Shown: positions 35,414 to 44,831, numbered from the stretch's first letter. The stretch is DNA of 62,279 nt from Syntrophales bacterium (GCA_028718565.1 JAQULO010000005.1:1-62279), one strand, 5' to 3'. Numbers and translations: made by a program. Notes: generated from the sequence alone by a model not told the origin.

Positions 35414-37303
35414 CTACTTTATTCTTATCCTCTGCCCCGGTCGAATGATGGAATTTCTGGCGAGATTGTTCAAGTCAAGAAGTCTGTCGAGACCAATCTT
35501 GTTTCGCAATGCTATCGTGGATAGGGTATCGCCTTTTCCGACAACACAGGTCTTTGACGATACGGCCTTCGTCTTCCTATCCGCAGCACCACCACGCACC
35601 TTGATGATCTGACCTATGCTGAGGGTATTGCTCTGAAGGCCATTCAACGCCCTTACCTCTGAGATGGTTGTGCCAAAGCGCTTTGCAATGAGCCAGAGGG
35701 AGTCCCCCCTCTTTACGCTGTATGCCGTTACAGCGCCCCCTTTGGACACGGGGCTCGACTGTCGTGTATCAGCATAGAGATCATACCCTTGGGAGGGTAT
35801 CTTGATCCAAATACCCTCCCTGATGTTGTGTTTGCTGGTGAGGTGGTTCGCCGCCAGTATCGCATTGACCGAACTTTTGTATCTCCGTGCGAGGTCGGAG
35901 ATGGTGTCGCCCCTTTTTACCCTATAGTTAACATACCGCGCGGCGGCGCCAGGTTTCTTTGCCTCCGAAACCTTGTCAATAATCAGGGCAAATTTTCCTT
36001 CCATCCCCGCAGGAATCTTCAACTCGTAAGTACTCGGGGTCGTCTTATAGCGAAGCTCCGGATTGAGAAAATTCAATATCTCTTCCGACACCTCAAGCAT
36101 CTGTGCCACATCCTTGAGGCTTACACTCTTTTCCGTCTTAACCGTGTAGAAAGGCAAGGGCTTATCCCGATCAAGGTTAAGGTCAATACCGTATTTTTTA
36201 GGATCTTTCATTATCTGTACCGTTGCGAGGAAGCGCGGAACGTAGTTCGATGTCTCCAGAGGAAGCTGACGATAAAGATCCCAGAAGTTGTCGAGGTAAT
36301 TCATCTGCTGCCGTGATATGGTCTTAAGCACCCTTCCCTCTCCGCAGTTGTACGCAGCCAGGACCGTAAGCCAGTCCCCGAATATTTCGTGGAGTTCCTT
36401 CAAGTAGGCTATGGCAGCACGGGTTGATTTCTCGGGATCCATACGTTCATCAATCCATAGATCGCGCTTGAGCCCGTATCTGTAGCCGGTTGAAGGTATT
36501 ATCTGCCAGAGACCGAGGGCCCTGGCCTTTGAGAGTGCCTTTATCTTAAATCCACTTTCAACAAGCGGAAGCCAGGAAAGCTCTTCCGGAAGTCCCGCCT
36601 CCTTCAACTGCCTCAGTATCATCGGACGATGTCTGCCCGCCCGGGAATATGAGGAGATAAAAAAGTCACGTTCATTGTTCTGAAAACGCTTTATCGCCGC
36701 CTCGACATCTTCATTCATAACCAGCGGGATTGCACTCTGATACCCTGCAGCAACATGGCTTCGACATGTGTAGATCTCGACGATCTTCTTTGCTATCATT
36801 ACACGCAGGTCATCCTTTTGCCAGGCAATCTCGGGGTCGCCATTTGCATACAGCACGAGGGAATATGCCTCGTCAAGAAGCTTCAGGGCGTTGTCCGGTT
36901 CCCCCTTTTCCCAGAGAAGCTGGGACTGTTCCAGAAAAGCAAGGGCCTCATCCATGATTGCCTGCTTGTTGTTCTGGCCGTGATTCTTTCCATTAACCTC
37001 TTCCTGGTTGGAAGTTTCCGCATCGGAAGAGACAGAGTCATCTAAGGCATCATCCTTTTCATTAACCTCTTCCTGGTTGGAGGTTTCCGTATCGGAAGAG
37101 GCAGCGTTCCCTGAAATGTCGTCCTGGGCAGGGTTAGAATTGCTACCAACCTGAGATGCCTGAGGACTTTCGTCCGTCCGCACTACAGGGACCTTCTCCA
37201 TCAGGTCGGGAGGTGATACCCGCACGGACCCGTACTGCGGAACGCATGAAGATAGAAACAACACAAGAAAGATTGTTATTATAAGCCTTTTTAATATAAA
37301 CAT
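35414..37303 (-). CDS. mltD: Lipoprotein lytic murein transglycosylase with LysM repeats (MltD-like)
   Basis: Lipobox LFLSSC after MFILKRL. Acidic Ser/Asp/Glu linker. SLT domain (VESGFK..., GLWQIIPSTG, AAYNCGEG) and four C-terminal LysM repeats. Confidence 0.85.
   Translation of the reverse strand: MFILKRLIITIFLVLFLSSCVPQYGSVRVSPPDLMEKVPVVRTDESPQASQVGSNSNPAQDDISGNAASSDTETSNQEEVNEKDDALDDSVSSDAETSNQEEVNGKNHGQNNKQAIMDEALAFLEQSQLLWEKGEPDNALKLLDEAYSLVLYANGDPEIAWQKDDLRVMIAKKIVEIYTCRSHVAAGYQSAIPLVMNEDVEAAIKRFQNNERDFFISSYSRAGRHRPMILRQLKEAGLPEELSWLPLVESGFKIKALSKARALGLWQIIPSTGYRYGLKRDLWIDERMDPEKSTRAAIAYLKELHEIFGDWLTVLAAYNCGEGRVLKTISRQQMNYLDNFWDLYRQLPLETSNYVPRFLATVQIMKDPKKYGIDLNLDRDKPLPFYTVKTEKSVSLKDVAQMLEVSEEILNFLNPELRYKTTPSTYELKIPAGMEGKFALIIDKVSEAKKPGAAARYVNYRVKRGDTISDLARRYKSSVNAILAANHLTSKHNIREGIWIKIPSQGYDLYADTRQSSPVSKGGAVTAYSVKRGDSLWLIAKRFGTTISEVRALNGLQSNTLSIGQIIKVRGGAADRKTKAVSSKTCVVGKGDTLSTIALRNKIGLDRLLDLNNLARNSIIRPGQRIRIK
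36991..37104 (-). repeat. Two copies of a 45-nt unit (3 mismatches, 69-nt period) inside the mltD linker
   Basis: Copies at 36991-37035 and 37060-37104. They encode the duplicated SSD(A/T)ETSNQEEVN peptide. Confidence 0.85.
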
Positions 37304-37430
37304 ACAGTGACCCTCACCGGAGATGACATTGAACATACCCCCCCCTCATTATTGTGTGCCCGTGTCTAGATTGTTTCATCGAGAAATACGAGTAATACGC
37401 AGGGCCGAGATATCCGGCCTTTGCCCGCAA

Positions 37431-38520
37431 TCAGCTTATCAGATACGCCTCTATAAAATCGTCTATGTCGCCATCCAACACCCTGTCCACATTCCCCACT
37501 TCCTTGTTTGTCCTGTGGTCCTTCACCATCTTGTAGGGATGGAGAACATATGAACGTATCTGGCTTCCCCAAGCTATCTTCTTCTTTGTCTTGTTGACCT
37601 CGTCCATCTCTTCAGCCTTTTTGCGGAGTTCCTCTTCATAGAGACGGGATCTTAACACCTTCATGGCCATGGCCTTGTTCTTGTGCTGAGACCTCTCATT
37701 CTGGCACTGTACAACGGTTCCTGTCGGCATATGGGTAATTCTGACAGCCGAATCGGTCTTGTTGACGTGCTGTCCTCCGGCTCCGCTGGACCGGTAGGTG
37801 TCTATCCGCAGGTCCTTCTCATCAATTTCAATATCTATATCGTCAGAGACCTCAGGATATACAAAGACCGAGGCAAATGAAGTGTGCCTTCGCTTTCCTG
37901 TATCAAAGGGAGATATACGCACAAGCCTGTGTATTCCGACCTCTGCCTTGGCGTACCCGTATGCGTATCTTCCCTCCACTGTCATAGTTACACTTTTAAC
38001 GCCCGCCTCATCACCCGGCTGGAGATCAATGATTTTTCTCTCAAACCCCCTTCGCTCAGACCACCTCAGGTACATGCGCAGGAGCATCTGAGCCCAGTCC
38101 TGGGCTTCCGTACCACCGGCGCCTGCATGGATGGTTACAATGGCATTGCCCGGATCCTCTTCACTGCCCAGCATCATCCTGAATTCGTCATTTCTGACCG
38201 AAGATTCGAGGGCCGCAACGTCCCCTTCTATCTCTTCCAGGACGCCTTCATCATCCTCGTCACATGCCATCTCAAAAAGCACCTCCAGATCCCGGAGGGC
38301 CTTATTCAGACCGTGCCAGCCACGGACCGTCTCCTCAGCCCTGCTCTTCTCCTTTGCTATCTCCCTGGCAGCTGCGGTGTCATCCCAGAAACCTTCTTTA
38401 AGGGTCTGCTTTTCCAGCTGCCCTATTTTTTCTTCATTGGCTTCCACGTCAAAGACAGCCCCTGAGATTGTCTATTCTCTTCTTCAGATCCTGTATCTTT
38501 TCGGAAATATCTGCGATCAT
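37431..38520 (-). CDS. prfB: Peptide chain release factor 2, expressed via programmed +1 frameshift
   Basis: ORF0 is MIADISEKIQDLKKRIDNLRGCL-TGA. The +1 frame continues DVEANEEKIGQLEK... through SPF and GGQ (SGAGGQHVN). ATG 38520 overlaps the lnt stop (ATGA). Confidence 0.95.
38448..38463 (-). promoter_or_regulatory. prfB: prfB +1 frameshift cassette: SD-like AGGGGC, then CUU UGA C
   Basis: The minus strand reads AGG GGC TGT CTT TGA C, the same architecture as the E. coli prfB recoding site. Confidence 0.9.
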
Positions 38521-40049
38521 ATATTCTTCCTCCTCAATGAAACTAGAGAGCCAATTAGCAGAAACCCGATACAGAAACAAGCAAATATGTTGCCGTACCG
38601 CGAATAGAAGGTGCTGTGGTGGGTGAATTTTACCGCGCCGCACAGCACCGCCCTTTCGAATAAACCTGTTTCGGATACAATCTCGCCGGAACTGTTCACA
38701 ATGGCGCTTATCCCGGTATTTGCGGCTCGGACCATATAGATACGATTTTCTATTGCCCGGAAGATCGCCATCGTCAGATGCTGGTAAGGGGCGGAGGTGT
38801 TTCCATACCACGCGTCATTGGTTATATTGACGAGAAGACCTGCGCCCTTCAGGCGATGTTCACGGCTGATTTCAGGGAATATCCCCTCATAGCAGATAAG
38901 GGCTCCTATCTTTTCATCCCCCATCGTAAGGGGTGCAATCTCGTCACCCGGCTTAAAGTCTCCGGCACCCGCAACCAGCTTGTCGATAAAGAAGAGAACC
39001 CTGCGCATGGGCACATATTCACCGAAGGGCACCAGGTGCACCTTGTCATATCTCCCGGAGATGGACCCTTCCGGGGACAACAAATAGGCACTATTGTAAA
39101 AGGAGACATCGTCCCCCTCCCTGTCATAGGACGGCGATCCAAACAGGAGCCACGCCCCCGTCTTTTGTGCTACATTGATAACGCCCCTGGACAGCTCATC
39201 ATAGTCCTGAAAGCAGAATGGCGCTGCCGTTTCCGGCCAGACAATCAACGATACGCCCTTTCCGGAGGCATCGGCGGACAAATCCCGATATATGTCCATA
39301 GTTTTCGTCTGGAATTCAGGGCTCCACTTGACGGACTGGTCAATATCCCCCTGAACAATAAGGACATTAACAGAATCAAGGTCCTCTTCGGTGTTCTTGA
39401 GACCATCGATGCGGTACATCCCGTACCCGAAAACCAGCAGGAGCAGACCTACCCCGACAACGATCTCGGACAGGGGCGTTTTTCTTCTCCCTCCTGGTGA
39501 GAGGAACAGGCCGATCATACAGTCATGAAGGACGCAGTTCAGAAGGACTATCAGAAAGGTTATACCGTAGATACCCGTAATATCGGCGACCTGTATCAGG
39601 GAGAGGTGCCCATGTTGCGAATAGGCAAGGCCCTCCCACGGAAACCCCGAAAAGAGACGGGCCTTCAGGTACTCGAGGGAGGTCCAGAGAAGGGGTGCCA
39701 TCACCACCGGCACCATCGACCTCCTTTTGAAATATACAACGCCCACGCAGAAGAGCGCAGGATAGAGGCTCAGGTACATGACCAAAAGAAGCATGACCGA
39801 AACGCCGGCATAGAGGGGCAGGTGCCCATACCGTACAACAACGAACACGATCCAGTACACCAGACCGGTATTATAGACAAGACCCGCAACAAATCCCGCG
39901 CGGAACGCACCCGGAAGGTCTTTGTTTCTGATGGCATACAGGATCGGTACCAGCGCAATCCATATGAGAAAGCTCAGATCCGCTTTTGGAAAGGACAGAC
40001 ACACAAGAAGCCCGGAAAGCAGAGAGAGTAACAGATCTTTTTTATTCAT
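38517..40049 (-). CDS. lnt: Apolipoprotein N-acyltransferase
   Basis: 510 aa. Multi-TM N-terminus plus a CN-hydrolase domain (VWPETA, ICYE). Confidence 0.9.
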   Translation of the reverse strand: MNKKDLLLSLLSGLLVCLSFPKADLSFLIWIALVPILYAIRNKDLPGAFRAGFVAGLVYNTGLVYWIVFVVVRYGHLPLYAGVSVMLLLVMYLSLYPALFCVGVVYFKRRSMVPVVMAPLLWTSLEYLKARLFSGFPWEGLAYSQHGHLSLIQVADITGIYGITFLIVLLNCVLHDCMIGLFLSPGGRRKTPLSEIVVGVGLLLLVFGYGMYRIDGLKNTEEDLDSVNVLIVQGDIDQSVKWSPEFQTKTMDIYRDLSADASGKGVSLIVWPETAAPFCFQDYDELSRGVINVAQKTGAWLLFGSPSYDREGDDVSFYNSAYLLSPEGSISGRYDKVHLVPFGEYVPMRRVLFFIDKLVAGAGDFKPGDEIAPLTMGDEKIGALICYEGIFPEISREHRLKGAGLLVNITNDAWYGNTSAPYQHLTMAIFRAIENRIYMVRAANTGISAIVNSSGEIVSETGLFERAVLCGAVKFTHHSTFYSRYGNIFACFCIGFLLIGSLVSLRRKNI

Positions 40050-40857
40050 CGTGTGTGCGCGTCTTTTCTTTTTTTGTCACCTCGCCGGTCTGCAACGTCA
40101 TTTCCCCGGTTCTCTGTATCCGTACCCTTTTTATGCTCCTCTCATCGGCCTCCTCTACGGTGATTTTCAAGTCTCTGTACGCAAGGGTTTCTCCCGTAAC
40201 GGGAATCTTCTTGATAAGGTAGAAGATAAATCCCCCCAGTGTCTCAAACTGCCCATCGGGAACCTCTATGCCGAAGTGCTCTTCAAATTCCTCGATATCA
40301 ACCCTACTGTCCACCAGAACATCACCGCCCGGAAGCCTCGTAAAGGAATTATCCTCGATATCATGTTCATCATGAATCTCACCGACGATCTCCTCTATCA
40401 GATCCTCCAGGGTCACAAGTCCGGAGGTTCCGCCATACTCATCGATGACGATGGCCATATGCGATTTTTTTTCTTTGAGTTCGTGCAGGAGACGGTGGAC
40501 GTTCTTGGTTTCGGGTATGTAATAGGTCTTTCTGAGAATCGAAACGACGTCCTCCCTCTGAAAGGACTTCGACCAAAATCTCAGCAGGTCTTTCACATTC
40601 AATATCCCGACGATATTGTCGATGTTCTCATTATACACAGGCATTCTCGTATGCCCATGTTTGAGGATGAGGGAAAGGATGTCCTCTATGGTTGAGCTGT
40701 CGCTGACGGCAATTATCTCCGTCCTGGGCACCATTACCTCCCTGGCCACCGTCTCACGCAACTCAAGAATGCTGTGAATCATCTCACCCGACTGCCTGTC
40801 GATCAGGCCATCCTCTTCGCCCGAGTCAATAATAGACTGTATCTTCTTCTCCAGCAA
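40042..40857 (-). CDS. corC: CorC/HlyC-family CBS-domain protein (start codon uncertain, see findings)
   Basis: CBS pair plus C-terminal CorC_HlyC transporter-associated domain. The ORF track starts at TTG 40857, but the frame is protein-like for 24 more codons upstream. Confidence 0.85.
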   Translation of the reverse strand: MLEKKIQSIIDSGEEDGLIDRQSGEMIHSILELRETVAREVMVPRTEIIAVSDSSTIEDILSLILKHGHTRMPVYNENIDNIVGILNVKDLLRFWSKSFQREDVVSILRKTYYIPETKNVHRLLHELKEKKSHMAIVIDEYGGTSGLVTLEDLIEEIVGEIHDEHDIEDNSFTRLPGGDVLVDSRVDIEEFEEHFGIEVPDGQFETLGGFIFYLIKKIPVTGETLAYRDLKITVEEADERSIKRVRIQRTGEMTLQTGEVTKKEKTRTHDE

Positions 40858-40979
40858 CGTCAGGCTTTTTTTTCCGACTGCCGGGGGGAGAAGTGCGCCG
40901 ATCCACTCTCTGATTTTCTCTGGTAAAATATCTCATCCCTCCATTCGATTGATATTCGAAAATAACGAAAAGCCTGTTT

Positions 40980-41852
40980 CTACAACCCCCTCAGATATTC
41001 GGGCCTCAGCACCTTTTTGTTTGAAGATTCGATGACGTGTCGTATCAGGCGTACTATTTTGTCCTTCTCTTGAGGCATCCGGGCGCGTATCGGAAGATAG
41101 TTTGAAGCATGATTCGAGGTAAAAAGACAGTTCGTAAAATTGGAGTTAGCCACCATAACTCCCAGTTCTTCAAGAAATTCGAATGTGTCGGGCAGTTCGA
41201 ATTTTCCGGAAACCTGTTCTTCATACAGGGGGGTACCCGGAACCACCATAATGGTAAGCGCCCCTACATAATCGGGGTCGATCTCCGTCAGCACCCGTGC
41301 CGTACTCAAGGCATGTTCCATGCTCTTTGCCTTTCCTCCGATTCCCAGGAGCACCGTGACGGAAAGCTTCATACCGGCCCCCTTGATCATTAGACCCGCT
41401 TCCACCATCTGACGGGAATTCGCCCCCTTGTTTACTGCCTGGAGAATATCGTCATTCCCCGTCTCCATACCCAGATATGCTATCCCTACACCCAGCCTTC
41501 TCAGTTGTGCAAGTTCTTCAGGGGTCTTGCGCAGAATGCTCTTCGCGTTCGCGTAGAGTCCTATTCTTTTTACGCCCTTGATATGTGTATTGATGGATTT
41601 AAGGATAGGCACCAGCTTTTTCATGGGAATAATCAGCGCATCACCATCGCAGAGGAAGATCTTTTCTATATAGCCGTATCCTGATGCCTCTATGATATCT
41701 TCTTCAATCTCGTCAAAGGTCTTAATCCTGAATTTTTCTCCCTTGTAGGCCGAACAAAATGTACATTTGTTGTGTGAGCAACCGACACTGACCTGTAATA
41801 AAAGGCTCCTCGCCTCGCTCGGGGGCCTTATCATCATTCCTTCATATTTCAT
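40980..41852 (-). CDS. Radical SAM protein, function unknown
   Basis: CxxxCxxC motif (GCSHNKCTFCSAY) near the N-terminus. Start probably MKYEG at 41852; the longest ORF starts at 41918. Confidence 0.8.
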   Translation of the reverse strand: MKYEGMMIRPPSEARSLLLQVSVGCSHNKCTFCSAYKGEKFRIKTFDEIEEDIIEASGYGYIEKIFLCDGDALIIPMKKLVPILKSINTHIKGVKRIGLYANAKSILRKTPEELAQLRRLGVGIAYLGMETGNDDILQAVNKGANSRQMVEAGLMIKGAGMKLSVTVLLGIGGKAKSMEHALSTARVLTEIDPDYVGALTIMVVPGTPLYEEQVSGKFELPDTFEFLEELGVMVANSNFTNCLFTSNHASNYLPIRARMPQEKDKIVRLIRHVIESSNKKVLRPEYLRGL

Positions 41853-42134
41853 TAGCGCCTTTCGTATTCCTCCTCTAAACTGTAGCGACCACGTAAAACG
41901 CCCAAAGGTACTGATCAATCCCGTTCGTTACCTGTTTTTTTGCAGGAAACCCTTGTATTATTTTCGACTTGCCTCGATTTAAAAACTCACTAATGGCAGA
42001 ACGTTACTTGTATAATACGACCTGGAAAAAGGCAAGGCACAAAAGTTTTTTGTGAATGGTCGGGTTCTCTGCGCAGTATACGTGTTAAAAGAGCAGAATT
42101 ATGCTGATTTCAGAGGTAATTGAGGCACTTTTCC

Positions 42135-42162
42135 CTTGACGGGTGACATAACATGGGTATAA
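42135..42162 (+). promoter_or_regulatory. Putative sigma-70 promoter of cspA (TTGACG-16-TATAAA)
   Basis: TTGACG at 42135-42140 and TATAAA at 42157-42162, about 70 nt upstream of the csp start. Confidence 0.5.
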
Positions 42163-42232
42163 ATATTGCTACGATAGGTGCCGTTATAGAAGAACGTTCC
42201 TGCTCGGCGCCCGCCATTTTCAAAAAAGGGGG

Positions 42233-42442
42233 ATGCGAGTCTTGGCAAGTGGAATCGTAAAATGGTTTAATGAGAAGAAGGGCTTCGGGTTTATTCATCA
42301 GGAGGATGGCCAGGATATATTCGTTCATTATTCTTCGATCAGCATGGACGGTTTCAAGACACTTGTCGAAGGAGATAAAGTGATCTTTGACGTAGAGGAA
42401 ACCGACCGCGGGTTTCAGGCGAAGAATGTCACGAAACCCTAG
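42233..42442 (+). CDS. cspA: Cold-shock protein (CspA family)
   Basis: [15 protein letters not shown] (RNP1) and FVHYS (RNP2). TTG 42242 ([10 protein letters not shown]) has better spacing to the GGGGG SD than ATG 42233. Confidence 0.9.
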   Translation: MRVLASGIVKWFNEKKGFGFIHQEDGQDIFVHYSSISMDGFKTLVEGDKVIFDVEETDRGFQAKNVTKP

Positions 42443-42619
42443 AGAAAGACCGGCTTAATTCCAACAGGTATCACAAATAGTACATTCCGGTATCGATACT
42501 TACCGTTGATCGCATAGCTGAGTTGGTGTACTCAAAAGGGGGCAGGCTGCTTTGACTCGAGTTGTTGTGTTTAAGTAGTTCTGTCCCTTACTGTTTCAAG
42601 GAAGGAAATTTGTATATCA

Positions 42620-42859
42620 GTGGTTAAATCTCTCAACAACCTGCACCCGGAAGAAAGTGGCGTCGTGTATGAAATCAAGGGAGGGCCGGAATTGATCAAT
42701 CGCCTCGACGCTTTGGGAATCAGGACCGGGAAAAAGATAACAAAAATAAGCTCCATGTTGTTGCGTGGGCCCGTTACTATCCGGATAGACAGGGCTAAAG
42801 TTGCCATCGGGTTCGGTATGGCCGCCAAGATATTTATTGAAGTGGACAAGCAGACATGA
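42620..42859 (+). CDS. feoA: FeoA-family protein
   Basis: 79 aa SH3-like FeoA pattern (L..L..G..G.V..I..G......L..LGI..G). 4-nt overlap with feoB. Confidence 0.8.
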   Translation: MVKSLNNLHPEESGVVYEIKGGPELINRLDALGIRTGKKITKISSMLLRGPVTIRIDRAKVAIGFGMAAKIFIEVDKQT

Positions 42860-44565
42860 CGAGAATTCTGCTCATGGGGAACCCGAATGTCGGCAAGAGT
42901 GTCATCTTCTCCCGGCTCACCGGGGTGCGCGTGGTCTCTTCCAATTATCCGGGAACAACGGTTAATTACACAAGTGGTTTCATGAAGATAGACGGTCGGA
43001 AGGTCGAGGTCATCGATGTCCCCGGCACGTATACCCTTGAGCCCACCTGTGAGGCGGAAAAAATAGCCTCTGAAATGCTCAAGACCGGTGATATTGTAGT
43101 CAATGTCGTTGACGCAACAAACCTCGAAAGGAATCTCTACCTGACGCTACAGCTAATGGAAATGAAGATCCCCATGGTAGTCGCACTAAATCTGTGGGAT
43201 GACACACGGCACCGCGGCATAGAGATCAATCTCGAAAAATTAAGAGAAATTTTGGGAGTACCGGTTATCCCCACATCCGGCCTGAACGGTGAGGGGATCA
43301 AGGAACTGGCAACCCATATCCCCCAGGCCGTATCCCCCCCCTCTCAGATAAGAAGCCGCGACGAACGATGGGCTTTTGTCGGCGGCATAACAGACCAGGT
43401 ACAGCAGATATCACACCGTCACCACAAATGGTTTGAGCGTCTGGAGGACGCGAGCGTAAGACCCAAAACGGGTCTACTGGTAGCTGTAGCAATCCTGGCG
43501 TGTTCTTTTATGGTAATACGTTTCATAGGCGAATTTCTGATAAATCACCTGCTTGACCCGCCGTTTCATTCCCTCTGGCTGCCTTTATTGATGAAGCTTA
43601 GCGCGCTTATGGGAACAAGCGGTCTGCTACATGATGTCATCGTGGGAAAGCTCATAAACGGGGAAATTGATTTCGTCCAGTCCTTCGGACTGCTCAGCAG
43701 CGGTCTGTACGTGCCTTTCGTCATGGTACTTCCCTATATCGTATCATTCTATCTGGTACTGGGGATCCTTGAAGATACGGGATACCTGCCACGTTTGGCG
43801 GTCCTTCTTGACACCACCATGCATAAGATCGGCTTGCACGGTTTTGCTGTTATACCTGCCCTGCTGGGATTCGGGTGCAGCGTACCGGCCGTCATGGCAA
43901 CGCGCGTCCTTGAGAGCAGACGGGAACGATTCATAGCGGCAACCCTGGTATGCATAGCCATACCGTGCGCCTCCGCGCAGGCAATGATCTTCGGTCTGGT
44001 TGGAAAATACGGCGGACAGTACGTGGCGCTTGTCTATGGAACACTCCTTGCCGTGTGGATCATACTTGGGGTACTTCTCCATCGCCTCTTAAAAGGATTC
44101 AGTCCCGAACTCCTTATCGAAATCCCTCCCTACCGTATTCCCCCTTGGGGTGCGATCATACAGAAGCTATGGGGAAGGACACGCGGTTTTCTTCTAGAGG
44201 CTGTTCCCATAATCCTGGCCGCCGTCCTGGTCATCAACATACTATTCTTTTTTGGAATATTCGACTCTATAGCTTCCTTTGCCGCACCTGTCATAAGGGG
44301 TGTATTGGGTCTGCCCGAAGAATCGGTCACGGCAGTTGTTATAGGGTTGTTCCGCAAGGATGCCGCGCTCGGCATGCTGGCATTGTCCGCAATGACGGCC
44401 AAACAGATGGTTATCGGCAGCGTTGTCCTGACCATGTTTTTCCCCTGTATCGCCACGTTTGTCGTTCTGCTCAGAGAACTCGGCCTGAAGGATTTCCTGA
44501 AATCGTCCGCCATAATGCTCTTCTCCTCTATCGCGGTCGGGGGAATATTGAATGCACTGCTGTAG
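42856..44565 (+). CDS. feoB: Ferrous iron transporter FeoB
   Basis: 569 aa. N-terminal G domain (MGNPNVGKS, DVPGTY, NLWD) followed by a polytopic permease domain. Confidence 0.9.
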   Translation: MTRILLMGNPNVGKSVIFSRLTGVRVVSSNYPGTTVNYTSGFMKIDGRKVEVIDVPGTYTLEPTCEAEKIASEMLKTGDIVVNVVDATNLERNLYLTLQLMEMKIPMVVALNLWDDTRHRGIEINLEKLREILGVPVIPTSGLNGEGIKELATHIPQAVSPPSQIRSRDERWAFVGGITDQVQQISHRHHKWFERLEDASVRPKTGLLVAVAILACSFMVIRFIGEFLINHLLDPPFHSLWLPLLMKLSALMGTSGLLHDVIVGKLINGEIDFVQSFGLLSSGLYVPFVMVLPYIVSFYLVLGILEDTGYLPRLAVLLDTTMHKIGLHGFAVIPALLGFGCSVPAVMATRVLESRRERFIAATLVCIAIPCASAQAMIFGLVGKYGGQYVALVYGTLLAVWIILGVLLHRLLKGFSPELLIEIPPYRIPPWGAIIQKLWGRTRGFLLEAVPIILAAVLVINILFFFGIFDSIASFAAPVIRGVLGLPEESVTAVVIGLFRKDAALGMLALSAMTAKQMVIGSVVLTMFFPCIATFVVLLRELGLKDFLKSSAIMLFSSIAVGGILNALL

Positions 44566-44831
44566 CTGATCAGGCAAGTTGTGCCGGTCCTTGCTGTATG
44601 ACTGGTCGGCCTGGCTCATCATGCACGATACTTTGCCCCGACAATTATGTCGATCTTCGTCCAAAAGTTTTACATGTGCTTCTCACGTCCGTGCGTCATT
44701 TTCACCGTACCCCTGCCAGGTTTCGACATTTTGGTCACCCCCTTGGCATAAGCAAAAAGCAGCAACAAGCATCTAACAACAAACGTATAGACATTACAGC
44801 TAGTTAAAGAAGGGCTGGCCTTTTGTTTTTC

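Noticed and set aside
34899-35414. 171-aa minus-strand ORF spanning the mltD-downstream spacer.
   Set aside because: It contains the intrinsic terminator hairpin, and the (GGA)8 tract translates as poly-Leu. It also overlaps the 3' end of the + strand thioredoxin-fold gene. It is not credible as coding sequence.
42443-42619. Fur box upstream of feoA; the palindrome GTATCGATAC (42490-42499).
   Set aside because: There is no match to the 19-bp Fur consensus (GATAATGATAATCATTATC). The 10-nt palindrome is too short to interpret alone.
44670-44729. 19-codon minus-strand ORF (MSKPGRGTVKMTHGREKHM) with a strong SD.
   Set aside because: It is too short to support from sequence alone, has no recognisable family and no obvious promoter. 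I kept it only as a note inside the feoB-spacer finding.
43950-44807. 285-aa alternative-frame ORF overlapping feoB, with a Cys-rich tail (SCAGPCCMTGRPGSSCTILC).
   Set aside because: Most of it overlaps the feoB permease domain in another frame and is Arg/His/Cys-rich junk. The portion beyond feoB has no SD-linked start codon. It does not resemble the FeoB-associated Cys-rich peptide family, which is hydrophobic at the N-terminus.
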